Assembly (NCBI GenBank): GCA_016933055.1
Contig: JAFGBS010000008.1
Location: forward strand, 167,199-199,198
DNA from: Promethearchaeota archaeon
Lineage (GTDB): Archaea; Asgardarchaeota; Lokiarchaeia; Sigyniarchaeales; Promethearchaeaceae
DNA length: 32,000 nt
Direction: 5' to 3'
Shown here: positions 9,186 to 15,869 of the stretch, piece by piece
Layout of the letters: the number at the start of each line of letters is the position of its first letter
How positions within the stretch are numbered: position 1 is the stretch's first letter
Notes under the pieces: generated by a model
What the model saw: only the letters and a program-made list of their open reading frames with translations
Told to the model about the DNA's origin: nothing
Database searches by the model: none
Translations under genes and position numbers: made by a program

Positions 9186-9190
9186 TCACC
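9186..9190 (-). promoter_or_regulatory. Shine-Dalgarno sequence (GGTGA)
   Basis: AAGGTGA followed by AAAAATG at the methyltransferase start. Confidence 0.6.
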
Positions 9191-9198
9191 TTATAATA

Positions 9199-9488
9199 AT
9201 CCCTGTCGGATCACCACAGACCGAGTAGAACTTTATTAATCAATTTTGTCCCCACTACCCTATGTACTACGAACTACGCTAAAAGCCTACCTACTAACTA
9301 TCGTGTACTGATAGGTGGTTTTTATTGTAGGTGCACCTATAAGCGTAAAATTACCCTAAAATTCACGATATGGGTAACTCACGTGTATTCCACCAATTGG
9401 GTATTTTGGTAATGTTATTACATAATATAGTGGGATATACTGAAATAGGTGTATTGGGACCCTTAAAAGAACGTGGTGGATATGGGAT
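9199..9488. ncRNA. Candidate structured non-coding RNA or cis-element of unknown family
   Basis: Nested complementary segments found by hand: 9199-9203/9484-9488, 9210-9217/9473-9481, 9248-9263/9445-9460, 9275-9280/9342-9347, 9285-9290/9327-9332, 9293-9302/9310-9319, 9351-9356/9372-9377, 9385-9393/9430-9440. No credible ORF; C-rich 5' half and G-rich 3' half. Confidence 0.5.
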
Positions 9489-9656
9489 AGATGTCGATTA
9501 GTATAATTTTAACGTGATATTCATTTTGAGTATAAATATGGGATTGTTTTTCGAAAATTCTTACCTTAATTCTTATAAATTTTACAGATAATGTTAATAT
9601 AGATTCAAATCGAAAGATGTGTGATTTTAAGTAAAAAAAAAACAACGTTGATTATA

Positions 9657-10154
9657 ATGGGAACAAAAGGTAAAGAAATAGTTAATTTAGATGTAGAAAA
9701 ACTGTTGGAATTGCTCAATAAAGCACTAGCTGATGAATGGTTGGCGTATTATCAATATTGGGTTGGTTCGGAAGTTGTAAAAGGACCTATGCGACCAAGT
9801 GTAGAAAAAGAACTAAAAGAACATGCCGAAGAGGAATTTAAGCATGCTGGTATGCTCGTAGAGAGAATCATTCAACTTGGGGGCACTCCTCTCTTGAATC
9901 CCAAAGAATGGTTTGAAAAAACGAATTGTGATTATGAGGTTCCATCTGATCCCCATACTGTGAAATTATTACAACAGAACATTAAAGGGGAGCAGTGTGC
10001 AATTCAAGTCTATCATAACATTCTTGAATTCATCAAAAAAGGTAACGATCCGATCACATTTAATATGATTCGAAAAATAATGGAAGAGGAAGTAGAGCAT
10101 GAACAAGATTTAGAAGACCTTCTCGACGATATCAACACAAAAAGAGAATTATAA
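9657..10154 (+). CDS. DPS-like (DPSL) / bacterioferritin-related ferritin-superfamily protein
   Basis: ALADEWLAYYQYW, EHAEEEFKHA, NIKGEQCAI and EEEVEHEQDL di-iron motifs, closely resembling the Bacteroides-type DPSL. Start placed at ATG 9657 (MGTKGKEIV); the ORF track extends to a GTG at 9621. Confidence 0.9.
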   Translation: MGTKGKEIVNLDVEKLLELLNKALADEWLAYYQYWVGSEVVKGPMRPSVEKELKEHAEEEFKHAGMLVERIIQLGGTPLLNPKEWFEKTNCDYEVPSDPHTVKLLQQNIKGEQCAIQVYHNILEFIKKGNDPITFNMIRKIMEEEVEHEQDLEDLLDDINTKREL

Positions 10155-10322
10155 TAATATTAAAGATTGTTATAATTAATGTCCTCAGTAAATTTGCCCC
10201 ATTGGGTAATATTTTTAATTTTTTATATTAATATTTTATAAAAGTTTACAGAACACAATAAGCTGTGATTATTAACAGAATTATACATTTTCAATTACAG
10301 AATTTACTTACTACATGGAAAA

Positions 10323-10454
10323 ATGAGAAAACAATGCCAGATGCAGATCGAAATTGTTATTTGAAAATTGTGGAGAAAATACGCTGCAGATGCTATAATT
10401 TGTGAAATTTGCGGAGAAAGTAAAAAATATGTCAAAAAACTCCCGATTAATTAG
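10323..10454 (+). pseudogene. Degenerate small double zinc-ribbon ORF with an in-frame TGA
   Basis: MRKQCQMQIEIVI*KLWRKYAADAIICEICGESKKYVKKLPIN; a shifted frame reads ENCGE over the first half, and the two halves are imperfect DNA repeats. Confidence 0.4.
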
Positions 10455-10477
10455 AAAACAACCAAACACATAAATAG

Positions 10478-11095
10478 ATGAAAATAAAACAGCTCACTGC
10501 TGATCTAATTATGAAACCCGTAGCCCCTTTGATGATAGAACATCGCTTAATAGAACGGATGATCGATATATTAGAAGATGAACTGCGACAAATTAAAAAA
10601 TCTAAAAAAGTAAACCCTATTTTGATAGAAAATGCGGTCGATTTTATTAGAACGTACGCTGATCAAACTCACCATGGAAAAGAAGAAGATATCCTATTCC
10701 GAGAACTAAAGAAAAAGAAAATTTTACCTGAACATGAGGAAATTATGTTTGAATTGATAGAAGAACACAAAATTGGAAGAAAAATCACCGGGGAGTTAGT
10801 AAAAGCAAATGAGGAATATAGGCAAGGTAAAATAGAAACATTGGACACCATCATGGAAAAACTATCATTTCTTGTAGATTTTTACCCCAAACATATTGAA
10901 AAAGAAGATAAGCACTTCTTTATTCCAATAATGAAGTATTTTTCCAAAAATGAGCAAGATACAATGCTTGAAGAAGGTCGCGTGTTTGATAGGAAAATGA
11001 TTCATAAGAAATATCGAAATTTAGTGATGGAGTACGAGAAAGATCACGATATCACCCCCAAACAACAGCAGTCTGACTGGATAGATTACATTTAA
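10478..11095 (+). CDS. Hemerythrin/HHE cation-binding domain protein
   Basis: EHRLIER, DQTHHGKEEDILF, EEHKIGR and HIEKEDKHFF metal-ligand motifs; may start at Met 10511. Confidence 0.9.
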   Translation: MKIKQLTADLIMKPVAPLMIEHRLIERMIDILEDELRQIKKSKKVNPILIENAVDFIRTYADQTHHGKEEDILFRELKKKKILPEHEEIMFELIEEHKIGRKITGELVKANEEYRQGKIETLDTIMEKLSFLVDFYPKHIEKEDKHFFIPIMKYFSKNEQDTMLEEGRVFDRKMIHKKYRNLVMEYEKDHDITPKQQQSDWIDYI

Positions 11096-11109
11096 AGTGG
11101 AATACTTCT

Positions 11110-11124
11110 AAAAAAAAAGAAAAA
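11110..11124 (-). terminator. Oligo-T terminator downstream of tRNA-Met
   Basis: TTTTTCTTTTTTTTT on the minus strand begins just after the discriminator base. Confidence 0.65.
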
Positions 11125-11125
11125 G

Positions 11126-11249
11126 TGCAGAAGCAGGGGAATGATCCCTGGACCTCAGGATATCTCATAAGATATCCAGCGCTATGTCTGAAATCTGACC
11201 CAGATTTCTCATTATGAGTCCTGCGCTCTACCGACTGAGCTACTTCTGC
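11126..11249 (-). tRNA. tRNA-Met (CAU), elongator type, 51-nt intron at 37/38; CCA not encoded
   Basis: Acceptor GCAGAAG/CTTCTGC plus A73; D-stem GCTC/GAGC; anticodon stem CAGGA/TCCTG with loop CT-CAT-A^A; T-stem CAGGG/CCCTG. G1:C72 and no three G:C pairs in the anticodon stem, so not the initiator. Ile2(CAU) is not fully excluded. Confidence 0.92.
11162..11212 (-). other. tRNA-Met intron with strict bulge-helix-bulge motif
   Basis: Central helix CUCA/UGAG, bulges UA^A and AU^A, flanking intron helix UGAGA/UCUUA. Confidence 0.9.
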
Positions 11250-11256
11250 ATGTTTA

Positions 11257-11368
11257 TGGAGCTTCCGGAGGGATTTGAACCCTCGGCCTCTGCCTGTTTG
11301 GTGTTATGGATAGATTTCAAAATCAGTCCAATACCAAGGCAGCGTAATAACCTCTATGCTACGGAAGC
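11257..11368 (-). tRNA. tRNA-Thr (GGU), 36-nt intron at 37/38; CCA encoded
   Basis: Acceptor GCTTCCG/CGGAAGC, U73, CCA; anticodon stem CTGCC/GGCAG with loop TT-GGT-A^A; T-arm GAGGG-TTCAAAT-CCCTC. Confidence 0.92.
11296..11331 (-). other. tRNA-Thr intron with BHB-type motif (short outer helix)
   Basis: Central helix UUGG/CCAA, bulges UA^U and AC^A, then UG/CA. Confidence 0.85.
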
Positions 11369-11393
11369 GCAGATATAGGGGTATTTTTGTTGA

Positions 11394-11404
11394 TTTTATC
11401 TAAA
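11394..11404 (-). promoter_or_regulatory. Putative TATA box for the tRNA-Thr/tRNA-Met transcript
   Basis: TTTAGATAAAA ends about 26 nt upstream of mature G1; close to the archaeal TTTAWATA consensus. Confidence 0.45.
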
Positions 11405-11794
11405 GGATAGGTAATTAAAAAATTTTATTTATCGCATTTGAGTTTTTTGTAAATGGGATTGAACAACTTAAGCCCGTGAACATTTGAAGAATATCTAATA
11501 AAAAATGCGAATTGTTCATTTTATTAATCGAGAATCCATTCGGGTTTAATATCTGATCTTAAACTTCCTATTGAAATTTCTGGTGGCAATGGGTTCACTT
11601 CAACCACCATGTTAAAAATGTGCAATATCAGAAAGTCCATCATATAGTTTGATCTTGCTTCCTTATGTATTATCTGAAACTATAAACTAATCTAATTGGA
11701 TTCTAAATATATAAGTGCACCGTATGGCGAATATTTTTCAATATTGGAATGTACCATATCAACTAAGATCAATCAAATGGGAATACGAATGCGT

Positions 11795-14593
11795 ATGATA
11801 CAAAATCCTCATTCAAAAGATTTGGAAGAACTTTATTCTGAATTAACCACTGACAAATATGGATTGACTACAGAAGAAGCAACAAAACGGTTGGAAATCT
11901 ATGGACCCAATGAACTTGATAAAGGAAAAGGTAAAAGTATATTTTCCTTAATTCTGCATCAGTTCTTCAATCCGTTGGTAGGAATACTGCTTTTGGCGGT
12001 TATTATTGTCATAATTGCAGAAATCTTTGACAAAGAGGAATCCCATATGGCTGATGCTTATGTAATTTTAGCTGTAATAATTATTAATGCTATTTTTGGA
12101 TTTTCCCAAGAATATAAAGCTGAAAAATCTATTGAAGCTCTGAAAAAAATGGGAGCTCCATTAGCAAATGTTCTTCGTAAAGATTATGAAAAACATGATA
12201 TTGAGTATGAAGTCGAGGCTACCAAGGTCGTTCCTGGGGATATTCTAATACTTTCTACAGGGGATCGTATTCCTGCAGATGGACGATTGATCGAAGAAAT
12301 GAACCTTCATTGTGATGAATCCATGTTGACGGGGGAATCACTCTCTGTGAGTAAAAACCTATCTCTTGTTGCAAAGGATGCTCAATTGGGTGATAGAAAG
12401 AATATGGTATTTGGTGGCACTCTCATAGTAAAAGGAAGAGGTAAAGCCATCGTAACCGCAACGGGAATGCAATCAGAAATGGGAAAAATAGCGACATTAA
12501 TTCAAGAAACAGAGGATGTTGACCCTCCAATCAAAAAAAAAATAAATCAACTAACAAAAATATTGGGAATTCTTGCACTTGCCGTATTTTTGATTGTGTT
12601 AATTGTGGGATTAATAATTATCGGAACTGAATCACTATTAACAATATTTTTATTTGCTGTAGCTGGAGCGGTTTCTTCAATTCCCGAGGGATTACTTATC
12701 GTTTTAACAGTCACATTGGCTGTAGCGATAAATCATATGGCAAAAAGAAATGCAATTATTCGGAAAATGCAGGCTGTTGATACATTAGGTACTATTTCTG
12801 CAATTGTATCGGATAAAACAGGTACCTTAACAACCAATCAAATGACTGTTCGGAAAATATGGACTCATCCTAATATTATTGATGTAAAAGGTTCTGGTTT
12901 TAATCCAAGCGGAAAATTTCAAATTAATCAAGAGGATATTGACCCTTTATCGCATAATGTATTGAAATCAATTTTAGAAGTGGGAATATTATGTAATGAT
13001 TCATCGTTACGGAATCATCCAGATAAAGAAGGAGAACACTGGAAAATTACTGGTGACCCAACTGAAGCAGCTCTAATCGTAGCAGCAGCAAAAGCCAGTA
13101 TCCAAAAAGATCACCTTGAATTGGACTTACCACGAGTAAATGAGATCGGTTTCGATTCTAGCCATAAATACATGGTTACTTTTCATCAACCAGTTAAATC
13201 AACAAAAATATTAACTTACATTAAAGGGGCTCCTGAAAAAGTACTGCAGATGTGCTCACATATAGAAACTAATGATAGGATTACTCAGTTAACAGACGAT
13301 ATCCGAGCAGATATTGCATCGATGGAAAATGAATTAGCCCAAAAGGCTTTAAGAGTTTTAGGATTTGCATATTTGGAAACAAACCATGAACACCATGATA
13401 AAATTAAATCAAAATTTCCCGACATTACCAGCTTAGTGTTTTTGGGACTAGTAGGAATGATCGATCCCCCTCGTATCGAAGCTAAAGAATCTATACGATC
13501 GTGTAAAAATGCAGGAATTGAAGTATATATGGCAACTGGAGATCACAAATTAACTGCCATAGCTATTGCTAACGAACTCGGGATTTCTGGTGAAGGGGAA
13601 AAAGCAATAACCGGGATTGAACTTCAAGATATGTCCCAAAGTGAATTGGAAGAAAAAGTCTTACAGACACATGTATTTGCGCGTGTAACGCCAGAACATA
13701 AGCATCGCATTGTTAGCGCGTTGCAGCATCATGGAAAAATTGTTGCTGTAACTGGCGATGGAATTAATGATGCCCCTGCATTAAAAGTAGCTGAAGTTGG
13801 TGTTGCAATGGGAATTACAGGTACCGATGTAACGAAAGAAACGGCCGATATGGTATTGCTGGATGACAATTTTGCCAGTATTGTAAATGCAATTGAAGAA
13901 GGACGAGTTGTGTTTGAAAATATCCGAAAAGTTGTAAAATATTTAGTTACTACAAATGTGGGTGAAGACATTACTATTATTCTTGCACTATTGTTATTTC
14001 CTTTCTTATTTCCCTTAATTGTTGGTGTCACTATTCCACCTGAAGAACTTATCATATTTACAGCCATTCAAATTTTATGGGTAAATCTTGTTACAGATGG
14101 TCCTTTGGACATTACTATTGCTGTAGAACAGAAAGAAAAAAATTTGATGGACGAAAAACCTCGTGATCCGAATACTAATATTATCAATAAAGAAATTATC
14201 GGGAACATCATAATTGTTGCATCAATTATGGCAGTTGGGATTATTTCGATATATCTTGGGTATCATAGTTTTGGTTATGGTGAAAAAGCACAGACCGTTG
14301 CTTTTGTGTGTCTAATTTTCTTCCAAATTTTTAACGCATTGAATTGCCGATCAAGAACCCAATCAGTTTTTCAGTTAGGCTTTTTTACTAACATATGGTT
14401 GATCCTTGCGATTGCATCCTCAATTGTATTAACCTTTCTTGCCACAGTCATCCCTTTCTTCCAAACTATTCTCCGTACTCAGCCATTAGGGATATGGGAT
14501 TGGTGCATCATCGTACTAGTATCAAGTTCGGTCTGGGTAGCTGATGAGATTCGGAAATGGGTTCAATTCAGAAGAAAACGCAGAAATCGTTAA
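11795..14593 (+). CDS. P-type ATPase, type IIA (Ca2+-transporting, SERCA/PMR1-like)
   Basis: TGES, PEGL, DKTGTLT (phosphorylated Asp), KGAPE, DPPR, TGD, GDGINDAP; M5 TNVGE and M6 WVNLVTDG; Gln at the SERCA E908-equivalent position (FQIFNALN). Start uncertain: TTG 11696 in the track, ATGs at 11777, 11789 and 11795. Confidence 0.95.
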   Translation: MIQNPHSKDLEELYSELTTDKYGLTTEEATKRLEIYGPNELDKGKGKSIFSLILHQFFNPLVGILLLAVIIVIIAEIFDKEESHMADAYVILAVIIINAIFGFSQEYKAEKSIEALKKMGAPLANVLRKDYEKHDIEYEVEATKVVPGDILILSTGDRIPADGRLIEEMNLHCDESMLTGESLSVSKNLSLVAKDAQLGDRKNMVFGGTLIVKGRGKAIVTATGMQSEMGKIATLIQETEDVDPPIKKKINQLTKILGILALAVFLIVLIVGLIIIGTESLLTIFLFAVAGAVSSIPEGLLIVLTVTLAVAINHMAKRNAIIRKMQAVDTLGTISAIVSDKTGTLTTNQMTVRKIWTHPNIIDVKGSGFNPSGKFQINQEDIDPLSHNVLKSILEVGILCNDSSLRNHPDKEGEHWKITGDPTEAALIVAAAKASIQKDHLELDLPRVNEIGFDSSHKYMVTFHQPVKSTKILTYIKGAPEKVLQMCSHIETNDRITQLTDDIRADIASMENELAQKALRVLGFAYLETNHEHHDKIKSKFPDITSLVFLGLVGMIDPPRIEAKESIRSCKNAGIEVYMATGDHKLTAIAIANELGISGEGEKAITGIELQDMSQSELEEKVLQTHVFARVTPEHKHRIVSALQHHGKIVAVTGDGINDAPALKVAEVGVAMGITGTDVTKETADMVLLDDNFASIVNAIEEGRVVFENIRKVVKYLVTTNVGEDITIILALLLFPFLFPLIVGVTIPPEELIIFTAIQILWVNLVTDGPLDITIAVEQKEKNLMDEKPRDPNTNIINKEIIGNIIIVASIMAVGIISIYLGYHSFGYGEKAQTVAFVCLIFFQIFNALNCRSRTQSVFQLGFFTNIWLILAIASSIVLTFLATVIPFFQTILRTQPLGIWDWCIIVLVSSSVWVADEIRKWVQFRRKRRNR

Positions 14594-14751
14594 AAAAAGT
14601 CAACCCAACGATTTCAAGGTTTTCTTAAATGTGGGACTCAGAATCTCTGTAAAATTGTGCAATGAATACACAGAAAATACATAGTTTATTAATTTTAACA
14701 CCTTTCGACAGATAGGGATGATATCATTACTCTTATTCCTCAAACATTTAA

Positions 14752-15771
14752 TTGTTCCCGTTCCTTAAACTCACAATGCTTGGGATAGTATTTGCGGTCT
14801 CCGCCAATTTTGTTTTTGCTGTATCTAATGTGTTTTTTAGAAAAACTGAACATGATACATCCCCATCGATGATTAATTTGTTTCGAACAAGCGTTGGAGT
14901 TTTATCTTTTATCCTTATTGCGTTTTTTACCAATAGTATTTCTATTGTATTCTTAATACCGCTTGATTTAATCGGATTGCTTATCCTGAGTTCATTATTA
15001 GGGCAAGTCATGGGTGATACATCGTATTTTTTCTCTCAGAAATATATTGGACCTACTAAGGCGTTAACTATTTCCTTAACCTATCCCTTCTTCACAATTT
15101 TAATTGATATATTTTTCTTAAATGCTTCCTTTAACGCGTTTATTTTATTATCTGCAGTGATCATCAGTGTTGGAGTGGGCTTGATTGCTTATTCTAAAGA
15201 AAAAAAGGCAGAACGCCGCCCTAAAAGTCCCAATCAGACCGAACAACCTCATATATCATCTAGAAAAGATACTGCACTAGGAATTATCTTTGCGTTTCTT
15301 GCGTCCATCAGTTGGGCAATAGGGATTACCATAACTGATTTATCGATGTCAAAAATAAATGATTTGTTTGAGACGGAAAGGTTAACCTCTGTTGTTGGGT
15401 CCCTTATTCGGTTTCCAATAGCTGCGATTGTATTATTGGTAATTAATTACAGTCTATATGGATTAATAAAAAGGAAAAATCAAGGAAAGATAGAATTAAG
15501 AATTCATCTCACATATCAAATCCGCGGGAGGAGCATCCATTCATGGTTGTGGTTAATTGCGGGAGCATTAATTGGGACTTCCCTTGGAGCTTATTTATTT
15601 ACCGAAGCGGCTTATCTTGCTGGAGCTGTGACTATGGCAATCCTAGTATCAACCGGTCCTCTCTTCACCCTTATATTGAATTTGATCATTAATAAAGAAC
15701 GAATCACTATACTTGGCTTTATAGGTGTACTAACAACCTTGTTGGGTATTATCATTATTTCGCTATTTTGA
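14752..15771 (+). CDS. DMT/EamA-family transporter
   Basis: About 10 hydrophobic segments in two repeats; QKYIGPTKALTISLTYPFFTIL and STGPLFTLILNLIINKERIT are EamA-type motifs. May start at ATG 14776. Confidence 0.88.
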   Translation: MFPFLKLTMLGIVFAVSANFVFAVSNVFFRKTEHDTSPSMINLFRTSVGVLSFILIAFFTNSISIVFLIPLDLIGLLILSSLLGQVMGDTSYFFSQKYIGPTKALTISLTYPFFTILIDIFFLNASFNAFILLSAVIISVGVGLIAYSKEKKAERRPKSPNQTEQPHISSRKDTALGIIFAFLASISWAIGITITDLSMSKINDLFETERLTSVVGSLIRFPIAAIVLLVINYSLYGLIKRKNQGKIELRIHLTYQIRGRSIHSWLWLIAGALIGTSLGAYLFTEAAYLAGAVTMAILVSTGPLFTLILNLIINKERITILGFIGVLTTLLGIIIISLF

Positions 15772-15869
15772 ATCAATGAGCAATACATTTTAAAAATCCA
15801 CCATTATATTTAGAGTATTAAATGTGAGAATGACATTAAATCAATGGGACCGAAGAGGAACCGCTTAAA

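Noticed and set aside
9199-9488. Identification of the structured region as RNase P RNA, SRP RNA or an iron-responsive element
   Set aside because: No GAGGAAAGUCC/P4 pairing, no AGG-N3-GNRA-N3-AGC helix 8 and no CAGUGN loop on either strand.
9463-9645. 60-aa minus-strand ORF in the track
   Set aside because: TTG start, AT-rich promoter-like composition and no motif; it overlaps the ferritin upstream region.
11126-11160. tRNA 3' end as the attachment site of an integrated element
   Set aside because: I saw no duplicated tRNA 3' fragment and no integrase in the window.
11126-11249. Initiator identity for tRNA-Met suggested by A54
   Set aside because: Lacks A1:U72 and the three consecutive G:C pairs of the anticodon stem.
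11162-11331. Shared AAATC/GATTT hairpins, or a C/D guide, inside the two tRNA introns
   Set aside because: The shared motif is only 5 nt and in opposite order in the two introns; neither has a C box plus CUGA pair with guide spacing.
7793-11368. Functional link between the NSUN6-like enzyme and nearby tRNA-Thr (U73, C72, a typical NSUN6 substrate)
   Set aside because: Separated by about 2 kb and unrelated genes; proximity alone is not evidence.
11581-11609. Hairpin TGGTGG-N17-CCACCA with a GAA on the minus strand, and a 39-codon minus ORF across it
   Set aside because: Does not complete the archaeal SECIS GAA/A loop, there is no adjacent UGA gene, and the ORF has no motif or SD.
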